Source: Candidatus Micrarchaeota archaeon
GTDB lineage: Archaea > Micrarchaeota > Micrarchaeia > Anstonellales > Bilamarchaeaceae
Direction: 5' to 3'
DNA length: 64,000 nucleotides
NCBI GenBank assembly: GCA_038046765.1
Contig: JBBSVN010000012.1
Coordinates: forward strand, 32,001 to 96,000
The stretch's first letter is position 1. Each line of letters begins with the position of its first letter. Position numbers and translations under genes: made by a program. The notes below the pieces were generated by a model, which worked only from the letters and a program-made list of their open reading frames with translations, searched no databases and was not told the origin of the DNA. This document shows positions 48,430-58,900 of the stretch, one piece after another.

Positions 48430-49626
48430 TTATAATCCAAAATTCTTCTTCATAATCTGCGAAACGATTTTTGGTTCTAAGCCTAATCTGATTAAAGTCG
48501 TATGTCCTCTTTGACCTTTTGTACTAGGTGTTGTCATAATTAAACCTAAGGTTTCTAAATCTTTTAAGTATTCATGATACCATCTAACGCTTCTAGCTCT
48601 CTTCTTTAATTTCTTACAAATTAGTTCGTATTCTTCGTAAACTTCGCCAGACATTAAGAAGTTTTCTTCTCCAACATCAAGCCTAGAATACTTTGTACCA
48701 TTTAAAATTAAATCTGAAATTGCCAGTAAAAGCATCTGGTGGTTTTCTGGTAAAGTTGCAAGTGTTTCCTGTGCAATATCTAATTCTACCTTTCGTCTTG
48801 CTGATTCAACTTCCTCATCAGTTACTTTTGTTTTATTATTTTGTTCAGCAGATTCTCCTGCTTTAAGGAGTATTTTTAACGCATATCTAGCATCCCCGCT
48901 TTCTTGCGCTGTTATTGCTGCTGCCAGATTTATTGCAGATTGCTGTACTACATTATCCTTAAATGCTTTTTCAGCGCGCTGTGCTAAAATCTTTTTTAAT
49001 TGCTCGCTAGTATAAGGAGGAAAAACTATTTCAGTTTCGTTTAAACTGCTTTTACTTCTTTGGTCTAAACCCTGCTTAAACGTAAGTTTGTTTGAAATTC
49101 CGATTAGCGATACGCCTCCTTTACGAAGTTCGTCATTTACCCTAGTTAATGTGTAAACCATGTCGTCAAGATCTTTTATTATATCAATTTCATCAAGTAC
49201 AACTATCATTACGATTCCTTTATCGCAAATCTCAATAAGTTTCTCGTATAAAAAGGTTAATCCAAATCCTGCTTTTTCAAGTTCTGGTACAAACTGCTTT
49301 AGGATTTTTTGCATTACCCTATATCTTGAATTATATATTCTGCAATTGACATAACTAATATACGCGTTATTTCTTGAAGAGCCAAATTTTTCCATCACAT
49401 GTTTTACTGTTGCTGTTTTTCCGCAACCTGTTTTGCCGTATATAAAAATGTTTTTTGATCTTTGGCCTTTAATCGCGGGACTAACTAGGGACATTATTTC
49501 CTTTATTTCTTTTCCACGAAACGGCAGTGCTTTTGGTACGAAGTGTGGTGAAAGTATCGATGCATCCTTAAATACTTTACTCTCTGTTAAAAATTCGTCA
49601 AAGGAGTCTTCGGTCATATTTTTCAC
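48430..49626 (-). CDS. cdc6: Orc1/Cdc6 replication initiator
   Basis: GKTGCGKT, YVNC, LDEID, PPYT, GDARYA, C-terminal winged helix. Confidence 0.94.
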   Translation of the reverse strand: MKNMTEDSFDEFLTESKVFKDASILSPHFVPKALPFRGKEIKEIMSLVSPAIKGQRSKNIFIYGKTGCGKTATVKHVMEKFGSSRNNAYISYVNCRIYNSRYRVMQKILKQFVPELEKAGFGLTFLYEKLIEICDKGIVMIVVLDEIDIIKDLDDMVYTLTRVNDELRKGGVSLIGISNKLTFKQGLDQRSKSSLNETEIVFPPYTSEQLKKILAQRAEKAFKDNVVQQSAINLAAAITAQESGDARYALKILLKAGESAEQNNKTKVTDEEVESARRKVELDIAQETLATLPENHQMLLLAISDLILNGTKYSRLDVGEENFLMSGEVYEEYELICKKLKKRARSVRWYHEYLKDLETLGLIMTTPSTKGQRGHTTLIRLGLEPKIVSQIMKKNFGL

Positions 49627-49690
49627 TGTTATTTTTGTATAATCCCTTTAGCTAGTAAGAAATATAAACTACTTTATCAAAGAATTTAAT

Positions 49691-49852
49691 TTAATCAAGC
49701 ATCTTTTTCTGCTGTTTTGACCATACTTGGTTGGGTGTTCTCTTAAGCCATGCAACGTATGCATCTATGAATCGTAATCTCTCTTCAAAATTTTTCTTTT
49801 GATCATTTCTTAGTTCATTGAGGTCTATATTAATGTTAAGATTTTTTTTCAT
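49691..49852 (-). CDS. 53-aa small protein coupled to the upstream nucleotidyltransferase-like gene
   Basis: MKKNLNINIDLNELRNDQKKNFEERLRFIDAYVAWLKRTPNQVWSKQQKKMLD; GGTGA RBS; overlaps the upstream stop. Confidence 0.7.
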   Translation of the reverse strand: MKKNLNINIDLNELRNDQKKNFEERLRFIDAYVAWLKRTPNQVWSKQQKKMLD

Positions 49853-50459
49853 AATCATCACCTAAATAACTTAACATCTGACTGGGAATTTTTAACACGA
49901 ATAGTGCTCCTTCAAATATTCTTCTATCAAGTTCCTTATTAAAAAGTTTATATAAAAATCTGGCATCTTCAATGTCTTTCTGAGCTCCTAAAAATAATTT
50001 GTATGCAATCTGAAGTTCAAAGGATGAAAAAAACATTCGATATTTGTTATTTAAGTTTATTTGATTTTTTGTTTTAAGTGTTAGCTTGTCAAAATCATTT
50101 TTTACAAACTTAAGTTCCATGTTTGGGATAAAGTTATTCTTTTCATAGAATCTTAATGAAGAATCATTGGATAAATACTCCTTGTAGGCATCCTCCTGAT
50201 TCTTAGCGTTCATACATTCAAATTTTTGCATTGTCAAACTCCAGAATTCCTGGAATTTTTTTGAGTCACAACGCTCTATTAAAATGTCAACGTCTTCTGT
50301 GTTCCTACTTCTACCAAAAAATATTCCGACATATCCTGATACTATTACGTAATCTATGCTTGATTTATCTAACAATTCTATAAACGCTAATACAAAGTTG
50401 TCCAAACTAAGAAGCTCTTTTCTAATACTTATGTTACCTTTTACGTATTCAATTTCCAT
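49836..50459 (-). CDS. Nucleotidyltransferase-fold protein
   Basis: YVIVSG...GRSRNTEDVD; K...KDIED. Confidence 0.75.
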   Translation of the reverse strand: MEIEYVKGNISIRKELLSLDNFVLAFIELLDKSSIDYVIVSGYVGIFFGRSRNTEDVDILIERCDSKKFQEFWSLTMQKFECMNAKNQEDAYKEYLSNDSSLRFYEKNNFIPNMELKFVKNDFDKLTLKTKNQINLNNKYRMFFSSFELQIAYKLFLGAQKDIEDARFLYKLFNKELDRRIFEGALFVLKIPSQMLSYLGDDYEKKS

Positions 50460-50533
50460 AATCTAATTGTTCCTTCTATGCTTATATTTTATTCGGTTAG
50501 CAGGTCAAAATTACAAATCTAAATAATCCGTAA

Positions 50534-51355
50534 TTATACTCTTTCTCCTGCCAAAAATCCAACTAAAAATCCTATAAACGCGGCAGCCAGTCCAATAACC
50601 ATCATTTCTAAGCCCGTTTTCCACCACGTTCCTAATGTAGTTTTACCTTTGTATGCGCCTATTGCAAATAGGCTAATTGCAGATACAAAAAGCGATACAT
50701 AAGACGCGCTAACAACATTCATAAAGAAAAATGGCGTAAGCGGAATTAATGAACCGACAAATGCCGAGATACCAACAACAATTCCTTCTTTTGTCGGGTT
50801 AATATCTGCGCTTTCGGATAATCCTAATTCTTCGGTCATCATTGTTTCTAACCAAAGTTTTTCATCGCTTATTATGTGCTTTACAATTCCTTCAAGGTCT
50901 TTTCCTTTAAATCCCTTTTTCATATAAATTAGTTTTATTTCCTCTTTTTCAACATCAGGGAATTCTTTTATTTCTTGTCTTTCGCGCTCTAGTTCTTTAT
51001 AGTAAAAATCCCTTTGAGCTTTTCCAGAGGTATATGCCACTGCGGCCATACTTATTGATTCGGCAAAAGTAGCAGCTAATCCACCTACAATTACTGCGCC
51101 CGCAGCAATGTTCGTGTTAACAATCGCAGCTGCGGCTAGTCCTAAAACAATTCCTAAAACATTTACTAAGCCGTCTTGTCCGCCTAGTATTACCTGACGT
51201 AGTAAAGAACCCTTGTCATTTTGAGGGTGTTCTTCTTTGTGAATAATATTTTTGTATGCCTGTTCTAAGGATTTTGCCATAATTAGTTTTTTGCAGTCCT
51301 CTTTTTTAAACATCTGGGTTTTTGCAGTCTTACTATAATATTTAAAAGCATACAT
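50534..51355 (-). CDS. VIT1/CCC1 family Fe/Mn transporter
   Basis: GGQDGLV, ISMA, MMTEELG; the true start may be 51280. Confidence 0.9.
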   Translation of the reverse strand: MYAFKYYSKTAKTQMFKKEDCKKLIMAKSLEQAYKNIIHKEEHPQNDKGSLLRQVILGGQDGLVNVLGIVLGLAAAAIVNTNIAAGAVIVGGLAATFAESISMAAVAYTSGKAQRDFYYKELERERQEIKEFPDVEKEEIKLIYMKKGFKGKDLEGIVKHIISDEKLWLETMMTEELGLSESADINPTKEGIVVGISAFVGSLIPLTPFFFMNVVSASYVSLFVSAISLFAIGAYKGKTTLGTWWKTGLEMMVIGLAAAFIGFLVGFLAGERV

Positions 51356-51434
51356 GAGATATTATTTGTAAGGTTATTTGGGTGTGTTTCCTAAAATAAC
51401 TAGTATGATCATAAAAATTTAAGGTGATTTTAAT

Positions 51435-51716
51435 ATGGCAGATGATAGTAAAACAATGGCAGCAGTAGCATATGTATTAACCTCGCTTACAGGCATATTG
51501 GTATTCTTCATGAAGAAGGATGATGCTTTTGCAAGATTCCACGCAGTTCAAAGTATTTTGCTTAGTGTCGTTATGATTGTTGTGTCAATGCTTACATTTG
51601 GTATTGGCGGTTTGATTCTATACGTATATGGATTATTCTGTGCATACAAGGCATACCAAGGAGAAAAGTATATGATTCCAGTAATTGGAAAATATGCTGA
51701 ACAATACGCTAAATAA
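51435..51716 (+). CDS. DUF4870-like membrane protein
   Basis: RFHAVQS, AYQGEKYMIPVIG. Confidence 0.8.
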   Translation: MADDSKTMAAVAYVLTSLTGILVFFMKKDDAFARFHAVQSILLSVVMIVVSMLTFGIGGLILYVYGLFCAYKAYQGEKYMIPVIGKYAEQYAK

Positions 51717-51740
51717 ATTTTAATTTTCTTTTTAATTTTT

Positions 51741-52376
51741 TTATTCTTTTATTTTTCTAATTTTTGAATTCTGAAGTATGGGGACATCTAAATTATAAGT
51801 TTTGCTAAATGTTTCTAGCCTTCTTATAAATAACTGCTTCAGTTCCTCTGAAAGTTTTTGTGAATTTAATTCTTCTAAGATATTATTCCAGTTAAGATTT
51901 GAATATAAAACCTCCATGTCGGGTAAATCTCTTTGTCTGCCTTCACTAGCTAGCCCTTTAAAGAGAAAAATATCTTCTTTTGAAAGCAAATAAACAGATA
52001 ATTTCGAATATGTTTTATATAATTCTGACCTACCTATCATCGATTCAGATATTGTGAGTTTTCCAACTACCTGGCGTATAAATAAGTCGAGATGAAACCC
52101 ATCTTTATTTTCGTACATTTTTACAGTATTGAGTTTTTCATGTTCGCTTTTTATTGTTCTTGGCTCGTAGTATTGCGCACCAAATAAAGCCCAGCAAAAT
52201 GCGTCATAATCTGTTTCATCCTTAAATACAATATCGATGTCCTTAGTAGTTTCTTTTAAATTCCTAAAGGACATTGCACATCCCCCTATAAGGTATATTG
52301 AAACCTGTCTTTGAATTCTTGAACCAATATTGTTTAGTTCATGGTCAATATAAGACGCATCGAATTGTCTATCCAT
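51741..52376 (-). CDS. DUF6036-like nucleotidyltransferase
   Basis: LIGGCAM...TKDID; K...RQRDLPD. Confidence 0.8.
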   Translation of the reverse strand: MDRQFDASYIDHELNNIGSRIQRQVSIYLIGGCAMSFRNLKETTKDIDIVFKDETDYDAFCWALFGAQYYEPRTIKSEHEKLNTVKMYENKDGFHLDLFIRQVVGKLTISESMIGRSELYKTYSKLSVYLLSKEDIFLFKGLASEGRQRDLPDMEVLYSNLNWNNILEELNSQKLSEELKQLFIRRLETFSKTYNLDVPILQNSKIRKIKE

Positions 52377-53349
52377 AGACTATCGCCTCAATTTCTTCCC
52401 AGGACGGGAACCCTATAAATGTTTTCGCTCCTTTAGATTCAATAAAGTCCATCAGATTCTTCAGACTTTGGTCGGTTATCCCAAACCGATACCTTACTTT
52501 TAAGAGTTGTTCATATTGGACTTTGTTTTTTAATATCAAACCGCATACATATGCTAAGCTCCTAACATCAAGCCATTTTTGAGGAATGTTGCCTACAGAT
52601 AAAGTTAGTATATGAATTATTACATTCTCTATCTTAGGTTTAATGTTCGTATAATAATTATTTTTTGTTCTTATCAAGTTTACACCATATTTAGATAATA
52701 AATTGTATGCAGTCAAATAGTAATTTTGGGGATGAATTTCCTCTTTGGTTACAAGGAGAATTTCCCATTTTGTTGGCCCCTTACATATATTGAAGGAGTT
52801 TGTAAAACCCATTTCTTTTTTTGCATATTCTAAATGTATTATATATAATAAAGAGGTGCAAAAAAGCGAGAGAGGTTCAATCTCATTACGCAGCTGGTAG
52901 ATCCCTTTTCTTTTCATAAATACAATTCCCAAACCCCTTAATCTTTTAATAATTCTTTTTGCACTGGCAGGAGCTAGCTCAGTATCCTTGATTTTAAATT
53001 CGACCATATTTCCGTTTTGCTTTAGATTAAAGTAGCTGATTATATATGGCATTTTTCCAATTAGAGAAGAATAGATTACCTCATCAATATTCGAGTTATT
53101 TAAAGTAGTGTCCTGAAGCAGCGGATTTCTTATTTTGTTATATTCAGAAAAAAAATATTGAGATATTGAAACCTTATTTTCTTTGCCTATTTTTTTTATT
53201 GCTATCAAGCCAAAAGAGTATAAATCTCTAATATATTTACTTAAATTGGTTTTCTTTAGATTTAACTCTAAACCTAGCTCAGATTGACCAAGCTCCTGCT
53301 TTTGCATAATTTTTTTAAGTAATTTAACATGTGTTGGTTTTAGAAACAT
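52369..53349 (-). CDS. HTH-domain protein paired with the nucleotidyltransferase
   Basis: N-terminal HTH (QSELGLELNLKKTNLSKYI); overlaps the downstream gene. Confidence 0.7.
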   Translation of the reverse strand: MFLKPTHVKLLKKIMQKQELGQSELGLELNLKKTNLSKYIRDLYSFGLIAIKKIGKENKVSISQYFFSEYNKIRNPLLQDTTLNNSNIDEVIYSSLIGKMPYIISYFNLKQNGNMVEFKIKDTELAPASAKRIIKRLRGLGIVFMKRKGIYQLRNEIEPLSLFCTSLLYIIHLEYAKKEMGFTNSFNICKGPTKWEILLVTKEEIHPQNYYLTAYNLLSKYGVNLIRTKNNYYTNIKPKIENVIIHILTLSVGNIPQKWLDVRSLAYVCGLILKNKVQYEQLLKVRYRFGITDQSLKNLMDFIESKGAKTFIGFPSWEEIEAIVYG

Positions 53350-53400
53350 AGTATCAATTAATATAACTATATTAATATAAAGTTATGTTTTTTGATACTA
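53349..53400. promoter_or_regulatory. Inverted repeat spanning the promoter of the HTH gene
   Basis: TAGTATCAA...TTGATACTA with inner ATAACT/AGTTAT. Confidence 0.55.
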
Positions 53401-53468
53401 TAAATTTTCTTCTTCTTTAGATGCTCAACTGTTTTTATTTGCCTATTTCATGAGTCTAGGGTATCTTC

Positions 53469-55016
53469 TTATTCGATCAATTCTACAATCGCTTTTTGCT
53501 GTCGTTCGCTTGCTGTAACGCGGAATCGTATATGCTTAAAAGTTGTATTATTTCCTATTCCAGCCCTTGCCTTTATTTTAGCTAGAGTTTCAAGATCAAA
53601 TTCTCTTTGTACAATAAGCAATTTTCCAGTCTCTGCTAGAAGTCCTTTCCAATGCTCTGCTGCATCATCATCGTGCTTTTCTCCACCTACTTCAGATAAT
53701 ACTCTTGCATTGTTGATATAAGGATAAATAATCGATCGTCTGCCTTCTGAAACAAAATCTGAAGGATAAAAAACAATATAATTACTGTGTGTTTCATTAA
53801 ATCTTATTAATTCTTCAACCTCGAATCGATGTATCAGTACAACTATCCCTCCACACTCAAAAATTCCGCTCTTTCCTTTAACATATTCTGCACGAAATAA
53901 CAGATCTTTAGGGTTCGAAAAATCGTAAAAATCTGTATTGATGTTTACATCTGCAATCTGCAGAATTGTAACTTGCGGTTCGCCGTTTTCTTCAATTATC
54001 GCAAATTCAATATACTGTGGTTTTCCAATCAAATTTTCCAGTTTTTTTAGTTTTTCAAATAACCAGACTAAATTTTTTTCCTGTATTGCATTGTCTGGTA
54101 CATCTATCTCTGATACTCCCCCATATTTTAAATTAATCGCCTCTCCTTTTTTATCATCCCTAGTTTTCAGGATTATTCTTTTAAGTTTTCGTAATTCATC
54201 TTCCTCAATTTTTTTCATTGATTTACTAACTGTTTTTAGTCCTAAACCCGGGCATATTTTTACGTAACCTTTACCTTGCGAAGTTGAAGTGTATGCTAAT
54301 CCACCATATGCTGGTGCAAAATAATTTTTTTCAAAATCCCCTGGTTTTGTTTCTGGTCTTTCTGAATAATCCTTCCAGAAATCATCTTCTCTTGCTTGAC
54401 CATAAACTGGTTCAATAATTATTGCCATTCCTTCTGCTAAACCCTTATCTTTTCTAAAAGTAATCGCATCTAAAGAAAATTCGCTTTCTAAAACGTTCTT
54501 AATTGAATCAACTAGGCTCTTTATTTCCCATCTCTCAAACTCGTCGTTATATTTCTTTAATAAAGGTATGCAAAATTCGCTTTGATATGTTCCGGTTCCT
54601 CGTGAATCCCCGTAAGCAGATGATCTGACTGCAACAGGTGTTCCTTTGAATTTCTCATCTAAAGAATTTATTATCGCCAATTCTTGTTCGTTAAAAGTTC
54701 CGTTTCTAATCAGTTGCTGAATTTCATTCGGACTAGCGCCTTGAGCTACTGCTGCGTTTATTCCATTTCGTTCTTTAAATCCTTCAAAAAACCCCATTGC
54801 TAGAACAGTTCTTGGATTCGCTACAAAACCCGCTTGAATTATTGCCCAGGTTTTTCTCATTAGTTCTTCTGCCTTATCTCCGATTGAACCCGAACCAATA
54901 ATTGTCCAATATTTTTCATTAAGCTTGGCTACTTGCGTTTGCCTGGCTACTAAAAGGTTTCTAAAATTTGAGCGATCTGTTGCTACTATTTGTTGTACTA
55001 ATCTAGAATTAGACAT
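53469..55016 (-). CDS. PEP/pyruvate-binding (PPDK N-terminal ATP-grasp) domain protein
   Basis: IGDKA, VAVRSSA, GTYQS, IEFA, ILQ. Confidence 0.75.
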   Translation of the reverse strand: MSNSRLVQQIVATDRSNFRNLLVARQTQVAKLNEKYWTIIGSGSIGDKAEELMRKTWAIIQAGFVANPRTVLAMGFFEGFKERNGINAAVAQGASPNEIQQLIRNGTFNEQELAIINSLDEKFKGTPVAVRSSAYGDSRGTGTYQSEFCIPLLKKYNDEFERWEIKSLVDSIKNVLESEFSLDAITFRKDKGLAEGMAIIIEPVYGQAREDDFWKDYSERPETKPGDFEKNYFAPAYGGLAYTSTSQGKGYVKICPGLGLKTVSKSMKKIEEDELRKLKRIILKTRDDKKGEAINLKYGGVSEIDVPDNAIQEKNLVWLFEKLKKLENLIGKPQYIEFAIIEENGEPQVTILQIADVNINTDFYDFSNPKDLLFRAEYVKGKSGIFECGGIVVLIHRFEVEELIRFNETHSNYIVFYPSDFVSEGRRSIIYPYINNARVLSEVGGEKHDDDAAEHWKGLLAETGKLLIVQREFDLETLAKIKARAGIGNNTTFKHIRFRVTASERQQKAIVELIE

Positions 55017-55137
55017 GTAATTAATTTTCTTAGGAATAATTTATAAAGTTGTATGGAAGTGCATCTTATGTAAATTAATCTCCAAAACATAGTTTTAAAT
55101 ACACGTTTGTGCACATTTGTTATACAATGGTGAAACT

Positions 55138-55431
55138 ATGGAATTTGTAAGTTTTAGAGCAGAAAAAGAACTAAAAATGCAACTAGAATTACTTGCTACT
55201 ATGGAAAATAAAAATAAATCTGATGAATATAGAGAAATTTTTCTCTTAGGTATGCAGGAAAAAAAGAAAGAAGTGTCCGTTAGAAAATACCGGTTGGGGG
55301 AGCTTAGCTTAGGTAAAGCATCTGAACTATCTGGTTTAACAAACTGGGAATTTCTACAGCTTTTAAGAGAGAAAAAAGTTCCTTTAAATCTTACAAAAGA
55401 AGAAGTTTTGGAAGGTGTTGAAAATTTATGA
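55138..55431 (+). CDS. UPF0175 family antitoxin-like protein
   Basis: YRLGELSLGKASELSGL..WEF. Confidence 0.85.
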   Translation: MEFVSFRAEKELKMQLELLATMENKNKSDEYREIFLLGMQEKKKEVSVRKYRLGELSLGKASELSGLTNWEFLQLLREKKVPLNLTKEEVLEGVENL

Positions 55432-55901
55432 AAGCAGTGATCGATTCAGTGTCATTAATTTTTCTTCTTAAAATTCCGAAGCTTGAGGAATTGCTTAATA
55501 CTTATGTGAACGAATTATTTGTTACCGATGAAGTCTGGCACGAAGTCTTTGAAAGCAAAATTTCTCATGAACTTAACCCAATATCCCAATTAAATTTAAA
55601 AGTTAAAAGAAAAAATCCACGGCAAAAAATCAAAACGAATCTTGGCGCCGGCGAATTATCTTCAATTTCCCTTGCCCTAGAAGAAAGAATATTTTTTTTA
55701 TCTGATGATCGAAAAGCAATTTTATTTGCCAAAAGTCTAAATTTAAATACAGCTACGACCTTATCTGTCCTAATCAGATCTAAGAAAGATAAACTAATTG
55801 ATGGGGGGGAAGCTAAAAAAATCCTTTTCGAACTTGTAGAAAAAGGTTTTTACATTAGTTCGGAACTCTTTGTCGAAGTTCTCAAAATTTTAGAAAGTTA
55901 A
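55428..55901 (+). CDS. PIN domain protein (DUF3368-like)
   Basis: VIDS, LGAGE, SDD, GFYIS. Confidence 0.85.
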   Translation: MKAVIDSVSLIFLLKIPKLEELLNTYVNELFVTDEVWHEVFESKISHELNPISQLNLKVKRKNPRQKIKTNLGAGELSSISLALEERIFFLSDDRKAILFAKSLNLNTATTLSVLIRSKKDKLIDGGEAKKILFELVEKGFYISSELFVEVLKILES

Positions 55902-55905
55902 TCTT

Positions 55906-58900
55906 TTAAACAAAATCCGCAAGTCCAAGTTGTCTGCTTTTTTCATCTTCGAAAATACTTCGTATTTCCTTTTTAACTAGAAGTAGTCTTTGCTTTAAAT
56001 AATCCGGTAATTCGTAATCTGCAATAATCTTTTCTGAAATTTCTAAGTATTTTTCAATTCCTCCCTTATTTATTGTTAAAATAAGATTTCCTCCACAGAA
56101 ATTGCATTTGCCCGATAACGGGACGCGTCTTAAACTTTCATTACAACTAGTGCATCTAAATGTTTGCCTTGAAAATGATCTTAAATTACCATATAAATCT
56201 GGTATAAAATGGCTAAGGATTAATCTTTCAGCAGCATTCTTCGCATCTACTGCCCTTATTTTTCCCTGTAATTTAAATTGCGTGGTTATCTTATCAGCCA
56301 TATTATCAAATGTTACATAAGCCGTTCGTAAATTTCCTTTATCTATATATCCGCCCGTATGCGTAAGCTGAATTTCAAATTGCTCGGGGGTTCCAAGTAA
56401 GTCCTTTACTGTTTTTAATTTTACTTCTGTTGGAGGTGTATACTTTAGTGTTGCCTCATAAAATTCTTTTGGATAAGAATTCACTACTTCAATACAGTGC
56501 GCTTCATCATCAACTTCTTTTGGGTCTAACTGAGGTGTTAAAACTAATGGCGCGTCCATTGTCCCCCCTCTTCGCTCAGTTAAATAATGCCTTGAAAAAT
56601 TAATCAGGGTGTCCATAAGAAGCATGACTGAGTCTTCATCACCATCACATTGATAAGTAGTTATTCCAGAACAAATAAGACTGTGGTACTTTTCTACCGT
56701 TACATTGTAAACAAATTTATCTTGGTTTTTGATCGTTTTTCTCTCAATAACCTGATCAATAAAAGTGTCTCCTAAATATTCTGTCCTAGATCCTTTTCTT
56801 TTTGTTTCCCACTTCTCCAAAAGTTTTTGCGCTTTTTCTTGCTTTAAACCAGAAAATCCTATGTTATCAATAAATTTTTTAGCTTCACTAGAATAAATTC
56901 TTATCTTATATGAATGAATATATTTGGGTCTGCCATAAAACTTTATAATCAGAGAACTTTTTACGTATCTATCTTCTTCATAAATCGAATGCTTAATTCC
57001 AAAGAAATTTAGCAAAATGGAAACTCCATCTATCAGTTCCTTATTTATAGAAGTTACATTCACCTCCAGGGTATTGCCTAAAGAACAAGAACCATCTCCC
57101 GTGAAGTAACCTTTTAGCAGTGCAATCACTTTTTTATTTGGCAAAGAATAGACAAAATCAGGTATTTTTTTAGTTTTTGCATTTCTACCTATTTTTAACT
57201 TTTCAAAGAGTTCGTAAATATATCTTGAACAAATTGTTATATGTGTTTTATTTACATGAGGTTTAATTCCAAAAACTTTCTCAATTTTTTCTTTTATTAT
57301 ATCTACTGCCCATTCTTTGGTAGCTGTCAAAGAAACCTGATAACAATCTATCTGCTTATTTTTAGTAAACCCCTCCGCTAAATAAAATCCGATTAAATAG
57401 AAGAAATCCTCATCAAGCTTTATTGTTGGCTTTAACAGAACCTTATCCCTCTTACTACCTAATATATATTTTTTACTCGCCAGTATGTCTGCTCTAAATT
57501 CTTTTACCAATTCCAACGGATAAGATTTTCTATATATATAATTAGTGAAAGTTTTGTAATTTAATCCAAAACTTCTACTTATTTGAGATAATTCTCCCTC
57601 TTCATTGAATAATTTCTCATCTGTTCTTATCATTGCATCTGTAATATTCAAACTAGAAATAAGTTCCATGTCTTCCCTATCTATAATTTCCCTTTGCAAA
57701 TTCCAAGGAATTATTAGTTCTTCAACTTCATTCGCGCTTACTTTTTCTCCTTTTGAATTCGGAAATTTATGGTCTGGCGTTACCGTTATTCTTCTGCCAG
57801 ATTTTGTTTTTAACTTTACTAAATTTTCTGGTGCAATATGTTTTGAAACATGCGTAATATTACATAATTCAAATTTTTTCATTTTCTTGTTCCAAGCATA
57901 TGTCTTTACTCCTTCTACTAGTTTATATTGAGTCCCAAAATCATCTATTTCTGTTTTTCCGACTAAATTACTTTCTACAAAATCCATTATTTTCGTAAGT
58001 TCTAGTGATCCGTTTCGCTCGACCAAAATTTTTTCTTTTCCATCAAAACAATTTCTCCTTCGCGCTGATATCAAATAAGGATGAGCATAAGATAAATTTG
58101 CCTTTGTAAAACCTACAATTCTGCAAAGAACTGCCGCGCTAGTGTGTGGCGAAAGACAAGCAGTTAGTTGTCCTATTAAGTCCTGTTTTGTTAATGCATT
58201 ATAAAACGGCGCAAGCCCGTAAACGTTTACTAATAAATCATCGATAAATTTTGCAGCCTGTAAGAAATATTCTCCATTCGCTTCTGGTATTACAATGTCC
58301 TGTATTTTAAGTGAAACAAGTTGGTTTTCGTTAGTTAATTCATTTCCATAATAATCTTTCAAATAGCCTAAACTTCTTAGTTTTGCAATACTAACCTGTG
58401 CTTCACTTGGTTTAAAATGAGTTAAAGGGACGTTACTGGCATCAAAGCGCATTGTTCCATCACGAAATACATAAACCCCATATTTCGCCCTTAAAAATCC
58501 TTTTTCTAAAAGTTCGGGCGTACGCTCTAAATTAGATAACCCCTTTATTCCCTTTACATCCTCAACGCTTATGTCTAGTTTTTTCTTTATTGAATCATAA
58601 AGTTCGATCATATCTATGGGTTTTTTTTCAAAGCATACTGTTTCCTTATCACAGTGTATTTTCATGTTAACTGGGTTGCCGCATACAACGCATTTTTTTT
58701 CAATAATTGTTTCGCCCTTACAAATTTCGCATGTAGATAAAAATGTAAGTTTTTTACAACTCGTACATCTTCTGTTTACAAGTTCAAGGTTAACTGTTCG
58801 TTCATCCCTACCACGAAGAGTTTTGTATATTTTTGTTATGCTTCTGTTTTTTTGTGATCCTGTCGGGAATAGAACGTTTGGTGAGCCATCCATCTTTCTT

